Origin: a virus
Lineage: Duplodnaviria > Caudoviricetes
IMG/VR virus record: IMGVR_UViG_3300042453_004282
Location: 228 to 64,227 of that record
Length of the DNA: 64,000 bases
Reading direction: 5' to 3' (one strand)
This document shows, piece after piece, positions 45,147-54,741 of this stretch; position 1 is the first letter of the stretch; every line of letters begins with the position of its first letter. The translations under genes were made by a program, and so were the position numbers. Under the pieces are notes generated by a model. That model was not told the DNA's origin. It searched no databases and worked only from the letters and a program-made list of their open reading frames with translations.

Positions 45147-45688
45147 TGGAGCACTTTTATCAAACGATTCCAAACTGGTTTGACTATCACTCAGTCTATC
45201 GGGATGCAGTGGCAACTGCCCACCCCCACAGCTTGTTTGTCGAGATCGGCGTGTGGAAAGGTGGCAGCACAGCGTTCATGGGAGTGGAAATCGTGAACTC
45301 TGGGAAGCCGATTACTTTTCATGCAATTGACACCTTTTTAGGGTCAAAAGAACATGGCAATATAGAGAACTTCTACGAAGAAGCCAAACAGAATCTGTCT
45401 CCCCTGTTAGATCGCGGCGCTCTCACCTTGATTCAAGGACATTCCCATGAAGTAGTCCATCAGTATCCAGATGAAAGTATTGACTTCCTCTTTATTGATG
45501 GATCTCATGAGTATGAAGATGTTAAAAAGGATCTGCTACTCTGGCTCCCGAAGGTGAAGCACGGAGGAATTATTGCAGGACATGATTATGACCCGGCATG
45601 GCTTGGTGTAGTCCAAGCCGTGAATGAAGTGATCGGTAAAGATCACATCAAAACCATCAATTCTGCCTTTGTGCATACTAAACCATGA
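45146..45688 (+). CDS. Class I SAM methyltransferase (Methyltransf_24-like)
   Basis: VEIGVWKGGS, IDTF, FIDGSHEYEDV..D and GGIIAGHDY motifs. Confidence 0.88.
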   Translation: MEHFYQTIPNWFDYHSVYRDAVATAHPHSLFVEIGVWKGGSTAFMGVEIVNSGKPITFHAIDTFLGSKEHGNIENFYEEAKQNLSPLLDRGALTLIQGHSHEVVHQYPDESIDFLFIDGSHEYEDVKKDLLLWLPKVKHGGIIAGHDYDPAWLGVVQAVNEVIGKDHIKTINSAFVHTKP

Positions 45689-46482
45689 ATCTTGTAAGCT
45701 TTGTCTGCACCTCATATCGCCGGTTTACCTGTGTCGAACGAATCATCGCGCAGTTCAATGCGCAAACCTACCCGCACAAGGAATTAATCATCCTTAACAC
45801 GGATATGGAGCACCCATTTTCTCTTGGCTTTGAGGACGCTAGAATTCGCGTGATCAATAACAACACGGATTACCTGACGGGGCTTCCATATGCAAATCGT
45901 GGACAGATTTGCCGAGATGCGGTGACGCATGCGACTGGTGATTATTTCATGCTGGCCGATGACGATGACATCTATCTCCCGTGGCACCTGCAACAGGCCG
46001 TGGACAAAATTCTCGAAGTACAAACCGATGCATGGAAGCCTGAGCGGAGTTTTTTTGCCACCCCACATAAACTGGAACTGACGATGAACACCTTGGAAGC
46101 CAGTGTCATTGTGAAGATGCCACGGATCCGAGAGATTGGTTTCCGGTCAGACTTGACCGGGTATGAAGGACTGAGTTGGTATACGAAGCTGCGGGATGAA
46201 AAGCAGCTTGATGAACACTATACCCACTATGTTCCGTCCTACTGCTTTAACTGGTCTGACCCCCATGAAATTGCAGGGCATAAGCAGAGCGGCAACATCA
46301 ACAACCCAAACAATTTCGAAGAGCACAAGGTGGCTTCACAAGATTATGCCACGCGACCGCTGTCAAACACCTTTGATTTAGCGCAGCATGCAGTGTACGA
46401 GCGGTATTATGAGTATTTTCGCCAACACGCCGCAGCGTTTCCCTCTGATCTCATGGAGAAGTATGTTACCCCATATCTCTAA
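45685..46482 (+). CDS. Glycosyltransferase family 2
   Basis: VSFVC.SY.R, QTY...ELII and ADDDD motifs. Confidence 0.8.
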   Translation: MNLVSFVCTSYRRFTCVERIIAQFNAQTYPHKELIILNTDMEHPFSLGFEDARIRVINNNTDYLTGLPYANRGQICRDAVTHATGDYFMLADDDDIYLPWHLQQAVDKILEVQTDAWKPERSFFATPHKLELTMNTLEASVIVKMPRIREIGFRSDLTGYEGLSWYTKLRDEKQLDEHYTHYVPSYCFNWSDPHEIAGHKQSGNINNPNNFEEHKVASQDYATRPLSNTFDLAQHAVYERYYEYFRQHAAAFPSDLMEKYVTPYL

Positions 46483-47119
46483 ACAAATACAGCAAGCGGT
46501 TCACAGTTCTTCTGTCCCGGTATTGTGCCTTGTGGTGTCGGAGGGATGCGAGCATGTCGCTCCGTTGGTCCAGACGCAACTAGAGGAAGAATTGGCGGAA
46601 AAGAAGTATAACATCACCTATGTGCAATTCTGTGTGGCAGAAGACGAGATGCCATTTCCTCGTCTGGTCACCCCTGCGCTGTATTTTTTCCTCCCTCACA
46701 ACCCAGACCCCGTATTTTATCGAACACTCATGTTCCAGCCAACCCTCCATGAAGACATCATGACAACCTTCAAGATGATGCAAGGGTTGACTTTGGATGA
46801 GGCGCGATTTTCAAAAGAGCAGATGGAAGATATTCATCGGGTAGATGCCTTTCTCGAAAAGGAAAAGGCTATATTAGCCTCGTACCCGTCATCATTTCAA
46901 ACCGCACGAAATTTGGCAGCCGAAGTATGGAAAAATGGAAAGCGCATCGCCCGTGGCCTTCCCTTGCTCGTTGACACCCAAACCGGGTTTCATCGGCTGT
47001 CTACCTGCGAATCCTGTGACCGGTATGATATGGAGAAAAGCCGGTGTCAGGAATGTGGTTGTTTCATGAAGACCAAAACGCAACTCGTCGCGTCAACCTG
47101 CCCCTTAAATAAGTGGTAG
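46463..47119 (+). CDS. Protein with thioredoxin-like N-part and Cys-rich C-terminus (paralog 1)
   Basis: GGAGA RBS; CESC...CQECGCFMK.K......CP..KW. Confidence 0.7.
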   Translation: MLPHISKQIQQAVHSSSVPVLCLVVSEGCEHVAPLVQTQLEEELAEKKYNITYVQFCVAEDEMPFPRLVTPALYFFLPHNPDPVFYRTLMFQPTLHEDIMTTFKMMQGLTLDEARFSKEQMEDIHRVDAFLEKEKAILASYPSSFQTARNLAAEVWKNGKRIARGLPLLVDTQTGFHRLSTCESCDRYDMEKSRCQECGCFMKTKTQLVASTCPLNKW

Positions 47120-47123
47120 CAAC

Positions 47124-47786
47124 ATGCGTCACATAGAACACGAGTCGTTCAAGGCAATCATCGATGCGGCTGAGACGCCAGTATTACTACTGGTTGTGTC
47201 AGAAAACTGCGAAGAAAACACCCCGGTGATGCAATATCACCTAGAAAACATGATGGCGAAGCATCCGAAAGAACGAGCGGTATTACACTCCCTGTGTATC
47301 CCAGAGGTGGACATGCCGTTTCCTCGGCCAGCTACCCCAACCCTGTATTACTTTCTTCCAAAGAACCATACTCCGGTATTTTGGCGACATAATACCTTTT
47401 TGAGCAAGCTAGAGCAGGATTTGCAAGTTGTGTATAAGATGATGAAGGACAAAACGACATATCGCGAGGCAAACCTTACTCCGGCAGAGTACGAAAAGTT
47501 CAAGACAATCGAAAAGTTTCTCGAAGACGAAAAGGCGGTACTCAGTTCCTACCCCGTGGATTTCCAAGAGTCTCGAAAGCTGGCGCGAGAAACATGGGAG
47601 CAAGCCAAACGCTCAGATCGAAAGTTGCCAATTCTTTCAACTATCCGCGTGGGGTATCGTCGATACGCTGAATGTCAAAAATGTGAAAAATACGATAAAT
47701 CAGTCCACCGCTGCGGGGAATGTCTCTGTTTCATGCGAATTCGCACTCATCTAGAAGCTGAAAAGTGCCCCTTGGGGAAGTGGTAG
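47124..47786 (+). CDS. Protein with thioredoxin-like N-part and Cys-rich C-terminus (paralog 2)
   Basis: Shares VVSE.CE, MPFPR..TP.LY.FLP and CxxC...CxxCxCFM...CP..KW with the upstream gene. Confidence 0.75.
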   Translation: MRHIEHESFKAIIDAAETPVLLLVVSENCEENTPVMQYHLENMMAKHPKERAVLHSLCIPEVDMPFPRPATPTLYYFLPKNHTPVFWRHNTFLSKLEQDLQVVYKMMKDKTTYREANLTPAEYEKFKTIEKFLEDEKAVLSSYPVDFQESRKLARETWEQAKRSDRKLPILSTIRVGYRRYAECQKCEKYDKSVHRCGECLCFMRIRTHLEAEKCPLGKW

Positions 47787-47823
47787 TTTGTATAAATAAT
47801 TGGGTCTAATCAATCCCCAATTT

Positions 47824-48159
47824 ATGCCAACCACGAAGAATATCGTAATAGATCAGGGGTCTACCTTTGATTTAGATGTGCTCATTGTAGATGCCAACAG
47901 AAACCCCGTAAACTTGACGGGTTACTCCTTTCGAGCATCTATGCGAAAGACATATTTTTCATCCACGGCAACAAATTTCACCATAACCCCGGCGGAAGAC
48001 CTGACGACAGGTCTCTTCAATCTGGCTCTTACCGCAGAGCAGACCAGCGCCATCAAGGCGGGTCGATATGTCTATGATATTGAGATCGAAGACGAAGACG
48101 GCGTAGTAACCAGAGTATTTGATGGTATTGCTACCGTTACACCAGAGGTAACCCGATAA
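47824..48159 (+). CDS. Small structural/adaptor protein
   Basis: IDQG.TF...LTGY...RK...GRYVYDIEI...G...VTPEVT; late promoter TATAAATA at 47791. Confidence 0.75.
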   Translation: MPTTKNIVIDQGSTFDLDVLIVDANRNPVNLTGYSFRASMRKTYFSSTATNFTITPAEDLTTGLFNLALTAEQTSAIKAGRYVYDIEIEDEDGVVTRVFDGIATVTPEVTR

Positions 48160-48374
48160 TGGCACTCATCGTACAACAATCCGGTCAAAAAAAGATAAAT
48201 ACTTCCATCCGAAAGATTGATTATGAACTGATCAATTTGGAGGAGTTGAAGAATGTCGATGAAAATGTCAATGGGCTTCAGGACGGGTATACGGTTGTGT
48301 ATGATGCCGCCAACCGGCGCTGGATTACCCGTAGCATCGACGGGTTGCAAGAAATCGACGGCGGATTCTATTAA
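48159..48374 (+). CDS. Small structural protein
   Basis: TAATG overlap; ends IDGGFY. Confidence 0.65.
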   Translation: MALIVQQSGQKKINTSIRKIDYELINLEELKNVDENVNGLQDGYTVVYDAANRRWITRSIDGLQEIDGGFY

Positions 48375-48427
48375 GATCGCAAGTTGTATAAATAATTTTC
48401 AATATACCAACTTTCAGCTAGATACCT

Positions 48428-51400
48428 ATGCCAGCTACCTTCCGATATAGCTTCGATACCGCAACTGCTGCGTGGCCGGGTAACGGAGAGATGAATTTTG
48501 ACTCGAACGTCAGTTCGAGTATTGCGTATGCGCGTCTGGATTATTTCGATTATTTTGGAAATGACATTCGCACTTATCTACGCACGATTCCATCATCCGG
48601 CACAATCACCGTACAGAGCGTAAACACCCCGGCGAATATTGCTACCTTCAATATTACCGGGGCGTATTATGACGAACCATCACAGACGGCACTCGCTCCG
48701 TTTATCTCATATGTAAGCGGGTTTACGGCCTTCTCAGATGGAGAACTAGTCGATATTACGCTGCCGATTGACGGACCAGCCACAACAACGACTACAACCA
48801 CTACCGCAGCACCAACAACGACCACTACCACAGAAGCTCCGACGACTACAACAACGTCAACCAGTAGCACGACGACCACCACCACGACCGCATCACCAGT
48901 TCTTTTTGAGGTAGATGCGTCAGATAATGCCTCGTATTCTGGCTCAGGCTCTACTTGGTTTGATATCTCTGGGGCAGACCGAGATCTTACCCTCGCGGGA
49001 ACATTTTCTCACGAAATCAACGGCGGTTTCGGCCAGTTCGATCTGAATTCATCGGCCACGGCAACGTCCCCGCAGATGAATCTCTCTGGGTCTACGTCAT
49101 TCACCATTTCTTCTTGGGTAAATCTAGAATCTACAAAATCTGGCGATAGAAACCTGATCAAAATTTTGGGTGCTAATGATAAGGTAGAGATAAGAGCATT
49201 TGTTCCGGACTCTTCATTCAATTCTCGCGTATACTACAGATTCAACTCAGTAGGACAAGGATATGAATCACAGAGCAGTGTAGTATCTAATGTGTATAAT
49301 GAACAATGGGCACATGTAGTTTTGGTCTACAATCAATTCCCATCTGGTGTCTACACACAGGGCGCTGTTAAAGTTTATGTAAATGGAGTTTTGCTACACG
49401 ATGCATCTGGGTTTCTACTTGATAAAGTTTCAATTACTGATGGATTCTTAAATGCCGGACCTAGAACAGATATTTCAGTAATTTTCTCCGGTGCTGAATT
49501 TATCACCCGCGCTAAGATGACAAATACGTTGTTGTCTGATGCTGATGTCACTGCGTTGTACAATGCTGAAGTTGGAGACATGCCAACCATTAGTACAACC
49601 ACGACCACTACGGCAGCACCAACAACGACAACAACAACCGCAGCACCAACAACAACCACGACCACCACAACTAGCAGCACAACTACGACAACAACCGCAG
49701 CACCAACAACCACAACCACACAATCACCGGGAGCAAGCATGGCAACAACAATTCAGATTAAGCGTTCCTCTGGCGTCTCAGCACCTTCAACCGGTATTCT
49801 TGCAGAAGGCGAGCTTGCCTACTCACAAGACCGCTCGAACGAAGGCGCTGGTGCGATTCTGTACATCGAATCCGTAGCGGCAGACGGCACCACCGCAGTC
49901 GTAGACAAAGTCGGTGGTAAGTACTACACGAATACCGTAGACACCTTCTTGGCGCCGAAGACCGCGTCAGTAGCGGCGGCTTTGGTACTTCACGAAGCTG
50001 GCAACAACGGCTCAAACAAGGTTTCTTTGAAGGCTCCAGCGGCGTTGGCGGCTGATATCAGCTACACGCTTCCGGCCACCATCACGGAAAACTACTTCCT
50101 GAAGACCGACGCTTCAGGTAACATGTCATGGGCTGAAGTTGTATCAAGCCTTTCAATCAGCGGCGACACTGGCTCAGACAGCATCAACACTGGCGAAACC
50201 CTTGACTTCGCTGGCACTGCGAACCAGATCGCGACAGCAGTAACCGACAACACCGTAACCTTCGCGTTGACGGATGACGTAGTCCTCGTAGGCGACTTGA
50301 CTGTCGGCGGCAACGACATCAAGATGAACGGCGGCACCACAGCGTTGACCTTCTCAGGTTCAGGTGACGTAGCCGTCGCGGGCGACCTGAAGGTTGGCGG
50401 AAACGACATCCTCGCGTCAGATGGCACCACAGCCCTTACAATGGCTGGAGCCGATGTAACTGTCGCGGGCGACTTGCAGGTTTCAGGTAACGATGTGAAG
50501 ATGGCGGGTGGAGTAACAGCCTTGACCTTCTCAGGTTCAGGTGACGTAGCGGCTGCTGGCGACCTCAAGGTTGGTGGCAACGACATCCTCGCGTCAGACA
50601 ACACGGTAGCGATCACCCTCTCAGGCGCTGACGTAGCGGTTGCGGGCGACCTTAAGGTCGGTGGAAACGACATCAAGGCGTCAGACAACACCGTAGCCAT
50701 TACATTGGCTGGTGCCGATGTAACGGTTGCTGGCGACCTTCAGGTCTCAGGCAACGATGTCAAGATGGCTGGTGGCACTACGGCCTTGACCTTCTCAGGT
50801 TCAGGGGACGTAGCCGTCGCGGGTGACTTGACGGTAACAGGCAATGACATCAAGTCTTCATCAGCTACAGCGATCACCCTCTCAGGCGCTGACGTAGCGG
50901 TTGCTGGCGACCTGAAGGTTGGCGGAAACGACATCAAGGCGTCAGATGACACCGTAGCGATCACCCTCTCAGGCGCTGACGTAGCGGTTGCGGGCGACCT
51001 GAAGGTTGGCGGCAACGACATCAAGGCGTCAGACGGCACCACCGCCATCTCACTCTCAGGCGCTGACGTAACCATCGCGGGTAACTTGACGATCAACGGA
51101 ACAACCACCACGGTCAACTCCGTAACCGTAACGGTTGACGACAACTTGATCAAGTTGGCCGACAACAACACCGCCAACTCACTCGACACGGGTGTATTTG
51201 CGAAGTATGTCGAAAGCTCAACGGACAAGTTCGCGGGTCTCTTCCGCGATGCGTCAGACAGCAACAAGTTCAAGCTCTTCGTTGGACTTGAAGTTGAGCC
51301 GACGACCACAGTTGCGACAGGTGATGCCTCATATGTTCGCGGTACACTTGAAGCCAACCTCTCAGGTGGTACGATCTCCAACCTCGCGTCAGACCTCGCG

Positions 51401-51568
51401 GTTGCTGACGGTGGTACAGGCGCCAGCACCTTCACCGCAAACGGTGTACTGTACGGTAACGGCACCGACCCGATTCAGGTAACTGCGGCGGGAACCAGCG
51501 GTCAGGTACTTCAGGTCAACGGCTCTGGCGTACCGGTCTTCGCCCACTTGGACGGCGGCACGTACTAA
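48428..51568 (+). CDS. Fibre protein: duplicated N-module, Thr tracts, LamG-like domain, repeat shaft
   Basis: Late promoter at 48387; W.HVV.VY...VYVNG LamG-like motif; about nine 28-30-aa DVxVAGDLxVGGNDI repeats; ends LDGGTY. Confidence 0.85.
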   Translation: MPATFRYSFDTATAAWPGNGEMNFDSNVSSSIAYARLDYFDYFGNDIRTYLRTIPSSGTITVQSVNTPANIATFNITGAYYDEPSQTALAPFISYVSGFTAFSDGELVDITLPIDGPATTTTTTTTAAPTTTTTTEAPTTTTTSTSSTTTTTTTASPVLFEVDASDNASYSGSGSTWFDISGADRDLTLAGTFSHEINGGFGQFDLNSSATATSPQMNLSGSTSFTISSWVNLESTKSGDRNLIKILGANDKVEIRAFVPDSSFNSRVYYRFNSVGQGYESQSSVVSNVYNEQWAHVVLVYNQFPSGVYTQGAVKVYVNGVLLHDASGFLLDKVSITDGFLNAGPRTDISVIFSGAEFITRAKMTNTLLSDADVTALYNAEVGDMPTISTTTTTTAAPTTTTTTAAPTTTTTTTTSSTTTTTTAAPTTTTTQSPGASMATTIQIKRSSGVSAPSTGILAEGELAYSQDRSNEGAGAILYIESVAADGTTAVVDKVGGKYYTNTVDTFLAPKTASVAAALVLHEAGNNGSNKVSLKAPAALAADISYTLPATITENYFLKTDASGNMSWAEVVSSLSISGDTGSDSINTGETLDFAGTANQIATAVTDNTVTFALTDDVVLVGDLTVGGNDIKMNGGTTALTFSGSGDVAVAGDLKVGGNDILASDGTTALTMAGADVTVAGDLQVSGNDVKMAGGVTALTFSGSGDVAAAGDLKVGGNDILASDNTVAITLSGADVAVAGDLKVGGNDIKASDNTVAITLAGADVTVAGDLQVSGNDVKMAGGTTALTFSGSGDVAVAGDLTVTGNDIKSSSATAITLSGADVAVAGDLKVGGNDIKASDDTVAITLSGADVAVAGDLKVGGNDIKASDGTTAISLSGADVTIAGNLTINGTTTTVNSVTVTVDDNLIKLADNNTANSLDTGVFAKYVESSTDKFAGLFRDASDSNKFKLFVGLEVEPTTTVATGDASYVRGTLEANLSGGTISNLASDLAVADGGTGASTFTANGVLYGNGTDPIQVTAAGTSGQVLQVNGSGVPVFAHLDGGTY
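50275..51100 (+). repeat. Coding tandem repeat (about 9 x 84-90 bp)
   Basis: DVAVAGDLKVGGNDIKASDGTTAITLSGA-type units. Confidence 0.85.
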
Positions 51569-51616
51569 TCAAACGCACGGTGGGGAGTGGAGAAACATGT
51601 CTCCCTCCCCACCAGT

Positions 51617-51645
51617 TTGACAAGATTGAATACATGAGATATCTT
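51617..51645 (+). promoter_or_regulatory. Sigma70-type promoter
   Basis: TTGACA-17 bp-TATCTT after a GC-rich hairpin at about 51579-51613. Confidence 0.6.
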
Positions 51646-51675
51646 TAGTATTCACCTTTCACCTGACATCATATC

Positions 51676-51933
51676 ATGGACCAGCAACAGTTTATCAATG
51701 AGTACATCAACACGCTCGCCAACAACTACAAGCAAGCTTGCATCGACAAGGTCATGCTTGGTACACAGGTTACCGTACTGAATCGACAGCTTGAAGAACT
51801 GAAGGCGTCAGTGAATGCGCTGGAAACGAAGTTGAAGCAAGAGGCAGAAGCCGCGAAGCTCCCACAAGTAACCCAGCAGCCAACCGCAGGAATCTCAGTT
51901 AAGCCACCAGTTATTGTTGGCGAAGACTACTAA
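51676..51933 (+). CDS. Small coiled-coil protein
   Basis: MDQQQFINEYI... with heptad pattern. Confidence 0.7.
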   Translation: MDQQQFINEYINTLANNYKQACIDKVMLGTQVTVLNRQLEELKASVNALETKLKQEAEAAKLPQVTQQPTAGISVKPPVIVGEDY

Positions 51934-51934
51934 G

Positions 51935-51966
51935 AAAAAGGGCACCGAATCCGGTGCCCTTTTTTT
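51935..51966. terminator. Bidirectional rho-independent terminator
   Basis: AAAAAGGGCACCG-aatc-CGGTGCCCTTTTTTT. Confidence 0.85.
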
Positions 51967-51969
51967 ATT

Positions 51970-54633
51970 TCATAGTGTCAAGGTGTGTGTGGTTTTGTGA
52001 CCACATTGCACGTGAGGATCGACCATCACTCGGAACCCATGTATCTTTGCCGTGTTACAGAAGTCCACATCTTCTGACACGGTATAGGCGTGGTCAATCG
52101 CGGAATGATATCTAAAGTGTGGATATTTCAGGATTTCAAACACCTTTCGTTTCACCAAGACGCAACCAAATCCACACGCATCAACCTCAAACGGCTGCTG
52201 TGCTGTGATGATCTCATCGCGAGTCAAGTTTCTCATAGAGAGATCGGCATGAATATGTGGGCGGGTTCGAACATATAGCTCAGGCTTCTTTTCTTCAGTG
52301 CGTTGCACATACACGCCACTCACAATATCGCTGTCAACGCGCAGCAAACTCTGAAGAGCATGTGCCGGAAGCACCATGTCGCTATCAACTGAGAAGAGAT
52401 AGTCATACTGCTTGGTCAGCACCCAGTGTGCTATCAGATTTCGGATTTGATCAATCTGATATCCGTAGAAGTACTGAAAGTCCACCTGTACCCCATCTGG
52501 AATCTGTAAGTCATAGATGCTTTTGAAGGTGTCCACTTCAATGTATTTCGCAGTGGGGATTGCTAACAGAATGCGCTTAGGGGGCGAACCGGTGCGTTGA
52601 GACAGGACGAGGTTCGCCGTAGCAGTCTGCTCTGTCGCATGCACTTTATAGTCATTGATCGGATTGACATCATTGTACCGATACCATACATCCTTCACGA
52701 CATGAATTTTCTCTGGGTCTGCGCGTTCAATGGTTTCGTAGAAAATAATGGTGTCTCCCCCGGCACGAGCCCACTTTCCATCAATCTGAAAGGTCTCAAC
52801 TGGGATAGATTCAAAGAGACTTTTCTTGAATGTACGTAGGTGCGTGTATGGCATGTTCCACGGGAACAGATGCTTTCGATAGGAGCGCGTCTGTTTTACT
52901 TCAGGGGGATATTCCTGTGCAATCAATGGAATCTGGTCAGCCTCTGACCACATAGAGCCATAGGTCAGTTCTGCACCCTGTACATAAATGGCATTGAGCT
53001 TTGACAGGATTTGATTGTCAGGCATCAAGGCATCATCCCCATCTAGCATGACAATTACATTGGACGAGTTAATCGACGCATCTTGCATGACCTTCACATA
53101 GTTGTAGACCGACCCCATGTTGTCTTGCCGATGTAGCAAAACAAACCTGTGACGAATATCACTTGGCAGTTCTGCAATCGTCTTCTGTGCAACTTCATAA
53201 CTGGAGTCAGTTGAAGCGTCATCAACCAAGATGTGCGAATAGAATGGATAATCTTGTGCCGCAACCGATTGAATGCACTGCGCAATATAGGACGCTGCAT
53301 TATAGAACGGAGAGATGATTGCAAAGGTCTGCTCTGCGGGTAACTGTGGAAAATACCGATCCTCTGGATTTGTGAAACGACGACCAAATACTTGACCAAC
53401 GCGATAGTTGATGTGAGAGACAGCGCGGAATTCTTCCGCAGAAAGATATGCATTCCGCACTTGGCAGAAATGCTGCTTCCATTGCAGCGCAACCGACGAC
53501 CAATCAGCCACATCATGTACACGACTACACGTATGTGCTTTTTGACTGTATAGATAGGTGTCACGTGCTGCGGCTAGTACCATATCAACGAACTGCTGCG
53601 TCTGACGATGGGCGTCGATATGAGGAAAGAGTGAATTCGAAACAATCGGATAGTCGATCTTGTAACATGCGTCATCAATCGCAGTCTCTTCAAGAGCGCC
53701 AAACCGATTCGTCAACACTGGAGTATTGTACGCCAAGGACTCCAGCGTAGAGATACCAAAGGTCTCTGGGAACGCCGCAGGATAGATAGTGAATTTTGCC
53801 TTGGCGAGAATATCTGCCACTTGCCACTGTGGAATTACGCCAGTGAAAGTGACGCCCAGATTCTTCAAATCTGACCGGGTGCTGAGTTCTCTCCACTGAA
53901 TCTCTTGGGCGTCTGGCGGGGCCGTGCCATTACGGTAATACCCTCCAATCACCATCAGCTTTGCCAACGGAAGGGAGCCCTTCACTTTAGGCCAAATGTC
54001 ATTTACCAAGGGCAATAATCCTTTGGTCACCGACGCATTATATACATACAGATTTGGATCTTTTTTCGAAATGTCAACAAAATCATGATAACGACGGATT
54101 CCATTCCTTGTCACGAAAATGTGTTTTTTGAGCACCTCGAAGTTTCTCCGAGGACCATGAGTGCAGGTAGTCACATAACTCGTGTGGAAATCCGACAAGG
54201 TGAAGATCTTGTCAATTTTTTTCTCCACCACAAATTGTTCCAAAAGATCATCCCCTTGACAAAAGGTGTCGTGCATCCACAACACCTTATATGCAGCAGC
54301 ATCTCGCATTTTGCGAATTGCAGCAGGGAGCCCGTACTGTTCCACATTATCAGCAAATGGAAAGACTGACCGGCTAGAAATCAATACATCATATGCGTCC
54401 GGAGAATGCAGGGACAGCCACTTCAAATCGCGGTAGATCACACCCGATTCTGCCACCTGTTCATAGGTAGAGGTATCAGCGCTGTTAGAATTGTACAGCG
54501 TCACGCGCATACCCAGCTTTTGAAGCTCCTGTGCCATGAAAATGGCGGCAGACTCCGAACCACCGAGTCCCTGTGTCCGAACTGTCGATTCTGTGTATGG
54601 CAGTCCTATGGTGTCCAAAATGGCAATTTGCAT
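51970..54633 (-). CDS. Three-domain glycosyltransferase (GT-B/GT4-like plus two GT-A/GT2-like domains)
   Basis: GLGGSE and ETFGISTLESLA (GT-B); SPFYNA..VDDASTD..LDGDD; FSVDSD..GFGCVLV..SED..FC. Confidence 0.88.
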   Translation of the reverse strand: MQIAILDTIGLPYTESTVRTQGLGGSESAAIFMAQELQKLGMRVTLYNSNSADTSTYEQVAESGVIYRDLKWLSLHSPDAYDVLISSRSVFPFADNVEQYGLPAAIRKMRDAAAYKVLWMHDTFCQGDDLLEQFVVEKKIDKIFTLSDFHTSYVTTCTHGPRRNFEVLKKHIFVTRNGIRRYHDFVDISKKDPNLYVYNASVTKGLLPLVNDIWPKVKGSLPLAKLMVIGGYYRNGTAPPDAQEIQWRELSTRSDLKNLGVTFTGVIPQWQVADILAKAKFTIYPAAFPETFGISTLESLAYNTPVLTNRFGALEETAIDDACYKIDYPIVSNSLFPHIDAHRQTQQFVDMVLAAARDTYLYSQKAHTCSRVHDVADWSSVALQWKQHFCQVRNAYLSAEEFRAVSHINYRVGQVFGRRFTNPEDRYFPQLPAEQTFAIISPFYNAASYIAQCIQSVAAQDYPFYSHILVDDASTDSSYEVAQKTIAELPSDIRHRFVLLHRQDNMGSVYNYVKVMQDASINSSNVIVMLDGDDALMPDNQILSKLNAIYVQGAELTYGSMWSEADQIPLIAQEYPPEVKQTRSYRKHLFPWNMPYTHLRTFKKSLFESIPVETFQIDGKWARAGGDTIIFYETIERADPEKIHVVKDVWYRYNDVNPINDYKVHATEQTATANLVLSQRTGSPPKRILLAIPTAKYIEVDTFKSIYDLQIPDGVQVDFQYFYGYQIDQIRNLIAHWVLTKQYDYLFSVDSDMVLPAHALQSLLRVDSDIVSGVYVQRTEEKKPELYVRTRPHIHADLSMRNLTRDEIITAQQPFEVDACGFGCVLVKRKVFEILKYPHFRYHSAIDHAYTVSEDVDFCNTAKIHGFRVMVDPHVQCGHKTTHTLTL

Positions 54634-54644
54634 CTGTTCTCCTA

Positions 54645-54682
54645 TATAAATAGACCGCTAGATCTCACTGGGTGTATAAATA
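54645..54682 (+). promoter_or_regulatory. Two tandem T4-type late promoters
   Basis: TATAAATA at 54645-54652 and 54675-54682. Confidence 0.65.
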
Positions 54683-54741
54683 TAGCATGGACACTGTCGT
54701 CTGTCAACCCAGCCGTTATATCATGAAATCTTTCCCTATAT

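Noticed and set aside
41584-48770. Diversity-generating retroelement TR/VR pair
   Set aside because: Differences between the copies are mostly third-position and not adenine-specific, both copies are coding, and no reverse transcriptase is in the window.
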